From: Deltaproteobacteria bacterium
GTDB taxonomy: Bacteria > Desulfobacterota > Desulfarculia > Adiutricales > Adiutricaceae
Direction: 5' to 3'
NCBI GenBank assembly: GCA_031288415.1
Contig: JAITRL010000298.1
Coordinates: 7,262 to 71,261 of the forward strand
Length of the DNA: 64,000 nt
The position numbers were made by a program, and so were the translations under genes. Shown piece after piece: positions 38,066 through 47,051 of this stretch (position 1 is its first letter; every line of letters starts with the position of its first letter). Under the pieces are notes generated by a model, which was given only the letters and a program-made list of their open reading frames with translations, had not been told where the DNA came from and made no database searches.

Positions 38066-38668
38066 ATGCCCGATCCCTTGCTTTCCGCATCGGACCTGAC
38101 GGCCGGCAGGCGCCTGATCGCCGTTAGCCCTTTCGTGGAGGAATTCGACAGGATGTTCGACGTTAAATTTGCGGATTCCGTGACCAACGGCGCGTATTCG
38201 GCCGCGATCAAGGCCAAGCTGGAGGCGGAAGTTTACGCGGCCAATGCGAGAACGGCCACGCTGGAGGCGGAAGTTTACACGGCAAAGGCGAGAACGGCCA
38301 TGCTGGAGGCGGAAGCTCTCTTGGCCAAGGAGGAAGCGCGCGCGGCCGAGGAGAGAACGGCCATGCTGGAGGCGGAAGCTCTCTTGGCCAAGAAGGAAGC
38401 GCCCGCGGCCGAGGCGGGAACGGCCAGGCTGGAGGCGAAACTGCTCGTGGCCAAGGCGGAAGCGCGCGCGGCCGAGGCAAGAACGGCCGGGCTGGAGACG
38501 GAATTGCTCGTGGCCAAGGCGGAAGCGCGCGCGGCCGAGGCGGAAGTGCGCGTTGCCGAGGAGAGAACGGCCAGGCTTGCGGTGGAAAGGCGCCTTCGCG
38601 AACTGGAAAAGGCCGCGGACCTCTCGGCAAGGGGCGCGCCCGGCCCAGGAGGCGAACCGGACAAGTAA
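38066..38668 (+). CDS. Rpn-like C-terminal-only paralog (cassette 3)
   Basis: - Same conserved blocks: SDLTAGRRLIAVSPFVEEFDRMFDV...AAIKAKLEAE ... ERTARLAVERRLRELEKAADL...GGEPDK.
- The repeats are 63 bp (ERTAMLEAEALLAKEEARAAE).
- The ORF is open from 37847 (GTG). The first ATG is at 38066. Confidence 0.35.
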   Translation: MPDPLLSASDLTAGRRLIAVSPFVEEFDRMFDVKFADSVTNGAYSAAIKAKLEAEVYAANARTATLEAEVYTAKARTAMLEAEALLAKEEARAAEERTAMLEAEALLAKKEAPAAEAGTARLEAKLLVAKAEARAAEARTAGLETELLVAKAEARAAEAEVRVAEERTARLAVERRLRELEKAADLSARGAPGPGGEPDK

Positions 38669-39170
38669 AGGACATGACGCCTGCGGCGGGGCGCTTTCGC
38701 CCTGGACCCGCCGCGCCTTTCCTGTTGCCGATCCCTCGGCGGCGCCGGCGGCTGACCCGGCAGCCAAAGCGCCCGCATCGCCCGATCTCAGGGTCTTGCG
38801 GCTCTTGGCGGCCCATGACGGGTTCCCGCGAGCCGCGCCCGGCCGCCCGGCGCGAGCCGGCCGGCCGGGCGGACAAAGGGAGGCGCCAGGCCTTCCTCGC
38901 CTGAGAGCCATGCTCTCCCGAAGACGCCTTCAGCCGCCCCAAGCCTTGCCCGGCTGCCGGGCCTGACCGCCGCCGGCCCTCCCCGAAGGGCTTTTTTTTC
39001 ATGCGGCAGGCAGGCAGGCGCCGATCCGCTCCTTCCGGCGCGGAGATCCGGCAAGGGCCCGCGTCAATACGCCTCGCCAGCCCGCTCCCGGCTTCAGGGC
39101 CCGCGACAGCCTCAATACTCCATTTGCGCGGGCGCCGCAAATTCGGCGGGGTTGGGGCAGCGCGCCGCCT
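38669..39170. repeat. Copy 2 of the ~490-bp conserved post-stop segment
   Basis: See 36202-36690. High identity by eye, with small indels. Confidence 0.85.
38975..38999 (+). terminator. Weak intrinsic-terminator candidate inside the conserved 3' segment (5-bp stem plus T8)
   Basis: GCCCT-ccccga-AGGGC followed by TTTTTTTT. The homologous position in copy 1 (36500-36530) keeps the T8 run but has a poorer stem. Confidence 0.3.
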
Positions 39171-39310
39171 TATCCTCCCGCGCCGCCTGGTATGCCGTTC
39201 GCCTTGAGGCGGGCCGCCGCCCCGTGTCTGACCGACAGGCCCGGTTCCGGGCGTTCAGCCCGTGTTCCCCCTGATCTTGAGCGTTTCGGCAATTCCGCCC
39301 CTTCTCACCG

Positions 39311-39387
39311 TCTTCCAACCTTCTTCCAACCTTCTTCCAACCTCCTTCCGGCCCTCTTCCAACCTTCATCCGGCCGTCTTCCGGGCG
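39311..39387. repeat. 11-bp tandem repeat (TCTTCCAACCT), about 7 copies, decaying toward the 3' end
   Basis: Units start at 39311, 39322, 39333, 39344, 39355, 39366 and 39377, read directly. Confidence 0.8.
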
Positions 39388-40292
39388 CCTTCCTGCCTTA
39401 TCCTGTCCATGCTGCCCAGGCCATCGGGTTCCGCCTGCTCTGGACGATGCTCTCTTCCTGACGGGGCAGGGGCCGTCCATTTTCGGCCATTACCAGAAAG
39501 CCCTGCCGCCGCGACTTCTCGCGGTTCAACGGCTGTCGCCGGGACGGTTGCCGCAGGCACGGCCCCCGCGCGCTCTCCGCGCGCAAGGTCATCGGCTTTC
39601 CCCTCCTGCGGCTGCCGCATTTACGGCGCCGCAACCCGGGCGGCGCGAGGGCGGATTCCTGCAGGGGGAAGCCGGCCCGCCCGGACTTCGCCGGGAGGCG
39701 CAGGCCCGTCCGCTCCTGAGACTCCTGCAGCGCGCGGTTTCCGCCGCTCCTAAGACGCCTGCAGCGCGGTTTCCGCCGCCAGGGCCGAGGTTTTGCTTCC
39801 GGCTTCTTTCAGGGCCTTTCCCTGCGGCGGGGTCCCCGCTCTTGGCCGGCGGTTTCCGCCGCCAGGCCTGCAACGGGCTTTTGCCGCCTGATCGGCGCCT
39901 GTGCCGGGCGCCCTAAATGTCCGGCCTTGCCCGCCGGCTTTCCTGAACCCGCCCGAACGCCCCGTGCCGCATTCCTTTCAGGCCGCCCTGCGGCGCGGGA
40001 AGGCTTCCGGCCTTGCCCCGGCCTCCTGAGGCCGGCGGCGGCCAAGCCCCGGCTTCCGTAACCCCGGCCCGGCATGACCGGCCCTCGTCTGGGGCCCGGA
40101 CTCTCCTGCAGGCTCCGCCTTCCCGGCACTCTGCCCCGCCAGGCGCTTCCCGGCGGGAAACCCAGCCTCCCGCGGGAGTCGCCCTGGGGAAAACCCGCGC
40201 CGCAGGCCGCCGGCTTTCTTTACGGGCGGCCCGGGCCTCCCGCGGACACCCGGGCCGCCGGAGCGCTCACGCCCAGTCCGCGCCGGCGCGGC

Positions 40293-41264
40293 TCAGGCCG
40301 CCGGCTTGGACGGGCGCCAAGGCCCTTTGCCGTGCTCAATCCTGGGGACCGCCCCCAGAAAATCCCCGCCGCTGGCGTAGGAGGCTTCGGAGACCAGGTA
40401 CACGTCATGGATGCCCTTGCCGATGAAAAAGGCGGCCGCGAGATCGGTCACGGAGGCCGGATCGAGCCGCGTGCCCGCGCACTCGAGAAGGCCCTGGGCC
40501 TCCAGGGCGCTCAGGCCGAAGGCCAGGGCGACGGCCAGGATGAAGTTTTTGGGGGGCGGGGAAGGATCCTGCGGCTCCAGGAGCCCCGCGAGCTCGGAAA
40601 GCCTGAGGTTCGCGCGGCGGGCGAGCTCTTCGCGCTCCCAGCCCTTCACCCGCAGGAGGTTGGCGAGGCTTTCGGCCAGCGGCGGCGCGGGTGCCGCCCC
40701 GGCGGGAGGAGTCCTGGGGGCCAGCGCGGGGCTGGCCGAGCCGTCCCTCAGGAATTCAGCGAGCTCCCCCTTGAGGTCGCCCGCGTAGGGGTGCCTGACG
40801 GCCTCGGGCCAGATGGAGAGATAGACGTCGATCTCCCGCGAGCGGCTAAGGTACCCGCCTAGGGCCACCACGGCCTCGTGGAAGGCCTCGCCCTTGGGGT
40901 AGCCGTAGATGCCCGAGGAGATGAGCGGGAAGGCCACCGAGTTGCAGTCGTGGGTATCGGCCAGCTCCATGGCCGTCTCGTAAGCCCCCCGCAGCAGCTC
41001 GGACTCCCCGGCCCCGCCCCCCTGCCAGACGGGTCCCACGGCGTGGACCACGTACTTGGAGGGGAGCCGGTAGGCGAAGGTGACGGCGGACTTGCCGGCC
41101 GGAAGGCCGCCGAGCTCGCGGCAGTCCTTTTCCAGAAGCTTGCCCGCCGTCTTGAAGACGGCTCCGCAGACCCCCCCTCCCGGCAGCAGGTCAGGGTTGG
41201 CGGCGTTCACTATCCCGTCCATCCTGACGGCGGTTATGTCCTCGTTGACTATCATCAGCGGCAT
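40293..41264 (-). CDS. Macro domain (ADP-ribose-binding/hydrolase) protein fused to a C-terminal XRE-like helix-turn-helix region
   Basis: - From Met12: MPLMIVNEDIT...GIVNAANPDLLPGGGVCGAVF...AFPLISSGIYGYP are the canonical macro-domain motifs.
- After a P/A-rich linker, LANLLRVKGWEREELARRANLRLSELAGLL resembles an XRE HTH. Confidence 0.8.
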   Translation of the reverse strand: MPLMIVNEDITAVRMDGIVNAANPDLLPGGGVCGAVFKTAGKLLEKDCRELGGLPAGKSAVTFAYRLPSKYVVHAVGPVWQGGGAGESELLRGAYETAMELADTHDCNSVAFPLISSGIYGYPKGEAFHEAVVALGGYLSRSREIDVYLSIWPEAVRHPYAGDLKGELAEFLRDGSASPALAPRTPPAGAAPAPPLAESLANLLRVKGWEREELARRANLRLSELAGLLEPQDPSPPPKNFILAVALAFGLSALEAQGLLECAGTRLDPASVTDLAAAFFIGKGIHDVYLVSEASYASGGDFLGAVPRIEHGKGPWRPSKPAA

Positions 41265-41525
41265 GGGGCACCCCCTTTTCCTCTTTTTAAGGGACAAGGA
41301 GCGGCAAGAGGCTACGGATCTTGCCCGCGCCGGCGGGGCGCGGCGCCTGAGATCTGCCGGGGAGGCCCGGAGCCGGCACGGAAGAGACGCCTGCGCAGGC
41401 AGGCGGCCGTTCGCCGCAAAGCGCGGCCGGAGCGGCGAAGAAGCCGCCCCGCCCGAGCTGTGCCCCGGGCCGGCCTCAAGGGAGGGGCCGGGGCCGCGGC
41501 TCCGGGGAAGACGGAGGCAAGGGCC

Positions 41526-42249
41526 CTACAGAATCCGGTCGAGGCCCTTCATCGCCTCCAGGGTCTTCGCCCCCAGCAGGTCAGTAATGCCTCTCTCCTT
41601 GTCGAAATAGTCGGAAAGGGTCTCGTCAAGCGTGTCGGCGGCCACCCGCAGGTTGAACCAGGGCACGCCGCCCAGCCGCTTCGCCGTCCAGGCGAAGGCG
41701 CCGGACTCCATGTCGCACACGAGCGCCCCGTAGGCCTCGCCTAAGCGGAGCTTAAGCTCGCGCCCCGCCACGAAGGAGTCTGAGGTGAGCACCCGGCCCG
41801 CCCTGAAGCCGCGGCCGGAAAGCCGGCTCTCCAGGGACCTGAGCGCGGGGGCGAGGCAACGGATGGCCATGCTCTCCAGCCGCTGAGGGCCGAGCGGCCC
41901 GTAGTCGAATTCCCCGTAGGGGCCGACCAGGGTTTCGCTGCCGTCCTCGTGCCTCCAGTCGGCGATGACCGAGTCGAGGGAGAAGACCGCCTCCCCCGCC
42001 TGGATGTCCAGCGAGAGCGAGCCGCTGGTGCCGACCCCCGCCACCACCGGGGGGGATCCCCCCCTCGGCCGCTGCTACGGTCAGGGCCTCCGCGAGCGAA
42101 AGGGCCGCGTTCACCTTGCCCGGGCCGGACCTGATGATCCTGGGCTCGATGCGGCTGAAGCCCTCGCCGTTAAGATGCCTCAGGACCCCCTCGTGCTCCG
42201 CCGGAGTGGGCGTCATTATCAGAACCGTTGTCTTGCCGGCGGGCGGCAT
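41526..42249 (-). pseudogene. Phosphorylase-family-1 nucleosidase (MTAN/futalosine hydrolase MqnB-like) interrupted by a 1-nt frameshift in a homopolymer
   Basis: - ORF 41752..42249 encodes KTTVLIMTPTPAEHEGV...SGPGKVNAALSLAEAL...AAAEGGIPP.
- ORF 41526..42047 continues VVAGVGTSGSL...VCDMESGAFAW...RVAADTLDE in another frame.
- The join lies in GGGGGGGATCCCCCCC (42049-42064). Confidence 0.7.
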
Positions 42250-42861
42250 TGACGGACCTTTCCGCGTTTCGCGGTTATTTTCTGCGCCGGGAAATTCCCA
42301 GGCGCTGCGGTTGCGTTGCCGTACGATGTCTTCGGCAGGTCCGGGAGAGCCCGCCCGGACCGTGGAGCGGCCTTTGGCCTCTGCCGAAGGCTGTTCAGGA
42401 CTCCCCCCGGAACTGAAGAAAAGCCCCTGTACGGATTCTGGCAGGATCGGCAGGTTCAGATGGGTAAGCTGGGCTCTTTATTAGAGTGTACCACAATTCC
42501 AGCCCTTGATGGACTCATTTTCCCAAGCCGCGCGGCTTGCCGCGCCAGGCAGCCCGCCCCCCTGCCCGCCCAGCCGGCCCGTCTTCTCAAGCGAAAGAGG
42601 GCCTGCGGCAGGGGAGGCCCCAAGCCGCCTTAGGGGGCCGGCCCTCTCCGGACCTGAAGTCACGCCCGTAAGCAGGCTAATTCGACGGGCCGTCCAGACG
42701 GCCGTCAACCCGGATGCCCGCCCCCCCGGAGCCAGCTTGACGGGGGCCTGCCGTACCCGGACCCTGGCCCCCTTGGCGCATGAGCCGCTGCCGTCCCCTT
42801 GCCCGGCCCGCGGCCGGCTTCCCCGCCGGAGGCCCCGGCCCGCCCGCCCCGCGCCATGCCC

Positions 42862-44589
42862 TCACGGCGCGCCAGGAACCGCTTGCGCCTCCTGAGATCC
42901 CTGCGCGCCTTGCCCGCCATGGGATTCCTGAACGCCGCCGGATCCCTCGGCGCCGCCGGATCCCTCGGCGCCGCTGCTTCCCTGAGCGCTTCGGGCTTCC
43001 TGGGATTCCGGTGATCCCTGGGCGCCTTGCGGCCCTTGAGCATCCTGAGGGCCGCGGGAGCCGTCCGCTGGCGGAGGCGTTGCCGGCACCAGGGCGGCCG
43101 CGAGAAAGAGCCTGGGCCGGTACTCCTCCACCCAGACGTTCCCGAAGGCGTTGTGGGAGTACTCGCCCTGGTAGAAGACCCAGCCCTCCCCGCGCCTTAC
43201 GGCCAGCTGGGACTCGAAGCCCCCGTCCAGGGAGACCGCGGGGTAGATCTCCAGATCGCCCAGTATGAGCGCGAAGTCGTGGAGGGAAACCGCCCCCGGG
43301 ACCACCACCACGCAGATCCTGCCTTCCTGGTCCTCCCCCACGGCGGTGCGGGAGGCCAGCTTGTCGGAACTCGCCACGCGCGCCTGCCCCAGACGGTCAA
43401 GGGTCATGTAGGACTGGAGGAGGTGACGGTAGGCCCCGGGCTCATCGCCGGCCCGGGGCAGATCCTCGTCAAGGACCGCGAAGGCCTTAAGGCCGGCGCG
43501 CCGCGGCCCGGAGGCCAGAAAGCCTTTCCAGCGGGGATGGCGGCGGGGCTCCACCTCGGTCCCGCCGCGCGAGAGCAGGCCCATGGAGGTGCGGTCGGCG
43601 TAATACTGGCCGCCGTTGATCACCAGGGAAGCCCCGGGGATCTCCCTGGCCCAGGCGCGCAGGGACTTGCCGGAGGAGGCCGGATCAGCCCCTTCCTCGC
43701 CGGCCCAGTAGGGGGCAAGCTCCCAATGCCCCGGATCGGCCCTGACGACCAGGATCTCGGGCGATCCGAAGCGTACGCCGTAGAGGGCCCGGCCCTCGCT
43801 CAAGGCCATGCCCCGCCCTACCGGCTCCCGGAAACCCGCAAGGGCTTTGGGCGCGCCGCGCAGTCCCCTCACGTAAGCCTCGAGAATGTCCGCCAGCCCG
43901 TCCTCGCCGGAGGCCCCGGACAGGTTCCTTCCCCCGAAGGGCCGAGCGTCGGACAGGTCCGGCTTCCCGGCGGGCGAAGCCTCCGCGGCCTTGGAGGGCC
44001 CCTTCGCGGCTCTGCCGGGGACCTCGCCCGCAGCCTCGCCGGTACTCTTTTCCTCTCCCGCGCCGGGAACCTTGCCCGCTGCCTCGCCGGAACGCTTGTC
44101 CTTTCCCGCGCCGGGGACCTTTCCCGCGGCCTCGCCGGAACCCTGGTCCCGAGCCGCTCCGGAACCGTTTTCCTGGGCCGCGCCAGGGAGCTTGTCAAGC
44201 GGCCCCGCCGCCTCGGCCTCTTCCCTTTCCTTGTCGTAGCGGATCTCCAAAGCGACGGGCCAGGGATCCATCCACCCGAACCGCATCCACAAGGTCGCCC
44301 TGGGGCCGCCCCCCAGGGGCGAGACCCGCCGAGCCCTCCAGCCGGGCCACTCCTCGGAGGCGGCGTCCTCGGTGAGGTGGCCTGCGGCTTCCCACAGGAG
44401 GGCGGACAGCCTGGGGCTTTCCGCGAAGCCTTCCGGGGCCTTGGGCGCGGCCTGGCCCTGGGCCGCCGCAGGGGCGGCTGCCCATATCCCGATGAGGGCC
44501 GCGCAGGCCAAAGCCGAGCGGGCCAGGGCGAGGCGGGAGCTGCGGCCTGCCGGGAGGCCGGTCGCCAAAGGGTTGGGGGACATGCTCAC
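42862..44589 (-). CDS. Phosphodiester glycosidase (NAGPA/DUF2233)-like secreted protein with low-complexity repeat inserts
   Basis: - Signal peptide.
- LVINGGQYY...RTAVGEDQEGRICVVVVPGAVSLHDFALILGDLEIYPAVSLDGGFESQL parallels the NAGPA pattern INGGFF...RTAIG...LLLVVVDG...LNLDGGGS. Confidence 0.7.
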   Translation of the reverse strand: MSMSPNPLATGLPAGRSSRLALARSALACAALIGIWAAAPAAAQGQAAPKAPEGFAESPRLSALLWEAAGHLTEDAASEEWPGWRARRVSPLGGGPRATLWMRFGWMDPWPVALEIRYDKEREEAEAAGPLDKLPGAAQENGSGAARDQGSGEAAGKVPGAGKDKRSGEAAGKVPGAGEEKSTGEAAGEVPGRAAKGPSKAAEASPAGKPDLSDARPFGGRNLSGASGEDGLADILEAYVRGLRGAPKALAGFREPVGRGMALSEGRALYGVRFGSPEILVVRADPGHWELAPYWAGEEGADPASSGKSLRAWAREIPGASLVINGGQYYADRTSMGLLSRGGTEVEPRRHPRWKGFLASGPRRAGLKAFAVLDEDLPRAGDEPGAYRHLLQSYMTLDRLGQARVASSDKLASRTAVGEDQEGRICVVVVPGAVSLHDFALILGDLEIYPAVSLDGGFESQLAVRRGEGWVFYQGEYSHNAFGNVWVEEYRPRLFLAAALVPATPPPADGSRGPQDAQGPQGAQGSPESQEARSAQGSSGAEGSGGAEGSGGVQESHGGQGAQGSQEAQAVPGAP

Positions 44590-45346
44590 GAAAGTCCGGG
44601 GCGGGGGGATGATGCCGAAGGGAGGCCGTCTGGCGCGGAAGCGCCGCAGGAAACGGCGCGGGCACGGGCCTGAAGACGGGTCGGGGCAATGCCGGAAGCG
44701 AGGATGAGGACCGGCGCCCAGCCGGCGGCAGGAGCCCTGGAAAGAGAAAAGCCTGAGACGGGGCTGAAGGCCAGTCTCAAACGGCCAAACGCCGCAGAGG
44801 CGGGGCGCGGCCGAAGCCCCTCAAAAAGGCTAGCCCCGCCCGCGGAAAAGGGAGAGGGTAACTCCCAGCGCCGGATTATACCACCTGCAGGGCAACTCCG
44901 CCGCGACGGTGGCCCATGCCTCATGCGTTTTGATCCGACTGTTCCCCCGCGTTACCCGCGTTACCAGTCCTCCCGTCGCCTCTTTCGTCCCGGCCCGCCC
45001 TGGCGGCCATGCCCGGCCTGCGCGGCGCCGGGCGCTTCGCATAAGCTTCTGACCGCAGGCTGTCCCTGCGGGCCGCGACGAAAGCCAACGGCGTCTTTCG
45101 TCCGCCGCCGCGACGGCTTTCGGCCACGGGCGCCGTCGCGGGCCTCTCCGCCGCGGGTCCCTCCGCCGCGGGTCCCTGGCCCCGGCGCGAAAACGCCCCT
45201 CTCCGCCGCGCCTTAACAGGGAAGGCATGGCGGGGAGGGGCGCAAACGGCTATCGGAAGGCGCCGGTTCCAGGAAACCGCCGCCGCGGGCGCGGCTTGCG
45301 GCGCCTCCCTGCGCCTAGGGAAAGCCTGCGGCCGGAGCCTCGGCGC

Positions 45347-46165
45347 CTACTTTATCGTGAAATGGAGCGAGGTCCCGTAGTCGGTCTTGTCGCAGGCGGC
45401 CTTGTCCTGATAGGGCTCCTCGTTCCTTACCGTCACGAGCCACTCGCCCGGGACCAGGGGCACGAAGCTGAGCTTGCCGGAGACGTCGGTCACTCCGTAA
45501 AAGGCCTTGGAATCGGAAGAGCCCGTCAGCTTGTCGAAGCCCGCGTACCGGGCCGAGACCTCGGCCCCGCGCAGGGGCTCCCCCTTGAACAGCACGGTCA
45601 GGGGGATGGCGGCGCCCGCCTTGGCGGAGGCGGGGTTAACGCCCGGCACTATCTCCAGTGGGAGCCCGGCAGGGGAGGTAACGACGCTGTCGCTGCCCGG
45701 GTTGCCCACGTTCACGACGCCCTTGGCGCTCTCAATGAAATGGCCGCACGCGCCGGCGCCGGGGGTCTCGTTTTTGGGCTTCATGGCCCAGCCGTCCGAC
45801 GTCCTGGTCCAGAAGACGGGCTTCACGTCCGTCAGGGCCAGATAGGCCCCTTCCTTGACCGGCCCGGCGCTGGTCCAGTTGCAGTTGGGTTCGCCCGGAG
45901 CGAGAGGCACGTCCCCTTCAGGCCCCGCGAGCCTGACCTGGAACAAGGGGTACTCCTCGGCAGGGATAGCCTCGAGGGTAGGGTAGCTGTGGCCGTATCC
46001 CACGATGACGGCCAGCGGCTTTCCCGGCTGCGGATCAACGGCGTCGGCCCACATGTCATGGGCGAGTAGCCGCGCCGCCGGCGCGGCCGCGAAAACGGCC
46101 AGCGCGGCCAGGGCCGCAAGCGGGGCATAGGGCGTGAATGTAGCGGGGGACATGTTTTTTTCCAT
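45347..46165 (-). CDS. DUF4198-family periplasmic protein (NikM/CbiK-like metal-uptake accessory family)
   Basis: - Signal peptide, then AHDMWADAV...VGYGHSYP, and a C-terminal beta-sandwich (GKLSFVPLVPGEWLVTV).
- AGGAG lies 7 nt before the ATG at 46165. The ORF track begins at 46186. Confidence 0.7.
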   Translation of the reverse strand: MEKNMSPATFTPYAPLAALAALAVFAAAPAARLLAHDMWADAVDPQPGKPLAVIVGYGHSYPTLEAIPAEEYPLFQVRLAGPEGDVPLAPGEPNCNWTSAGPVKEGAYLALTDVKPVFWTRTSDGWAMKPKNETPGAGACGHFIESAKGVVNVGNPGSDSVVTSPAGLPLEIVPGVNPASAKAGAAIPLTVLFKGEPLRGAEVSARYAGFDKLTGSSDSKAFYGVTDVSGKLSFVPLVPGEWLVTVRNEEPYQDKAACDKTDYGTSLHFTIK

Positions 46166-47051
46166 CTTAACTCTCCTAGATAGCAAATTATTAAGAGTTT
46201 CAGAGCCTTCCGGCTTCCTTTGGAGGTGCCGGCAGGCTGGCGGCGGCAGAGCTTGCCGCCCGGCTTGGCGAAGGGCAAGGCGCCTGCCGGGCCTCCGCAG
46301 GGAATCGGCGCGTCATCGCCGGTTGGCGCCGCAAGTCGCCTCCAGGGCCGTTGCCCTGAGCAGGAAACCCCCGCCCGACACGCGGGCAAGGCGCATCCGG
46401 ACCTGGAGAAGCGGGCTGAGACGCCCCGCCGGACAAGCTCACTCCCTCCGTCTTGGAGTTCGGTCTCCCGCCTTGAGCCTCGGCTACTGCCCGCCTTGAG
46501 ACCCGGCTACGGCCTCGGGGGGCGGCCTGGCTGCGGCCCTGGCAGGGATGCCCGGCTGAGGCCCCGGCAGGCAGTCTGGCCGTCAAAAAACTTAAGGCAA
46601 AAAAAACCGCCGGCCGTGCCCCGAAAGGGGAACGACCGGCGGTCTTCGTGACCGACAGAGTAAGTTATGAGGCGAGGCAGGAAACCCGCCGGAAGGCTCC
46701 CGGCGGAAAACCCCGGATCCTTGCCCGAGGCCTTGAAGGCGCGCGCGAATCAGGCCCGCCGCCGTCAACAGACCTCAAGAGTAGTTTAAAACCGCCTAAA
46801 AGGCAACATTCGCCGTCCTCCGGCCGAGGTCGACTCCTCCCGCCCCGACAGGTTTTTCCAGGATCGGGACTGACCCCTCTGCCGTTATTTCCCTCAAATC
46901 CCGACGCTTACCTCCGCCGAAGGCCCTTCCCGCCTCCGCAGACCCGAGGGATCGGAGCCTAAGACGTGCCGTACGGCGCTCCGGGCCGGGTCACGCCCGG
47001 CTCCAGGGGATGCGTAAGGCCCGGAGAAGCCTTGTACTTTACGGGTACAGG

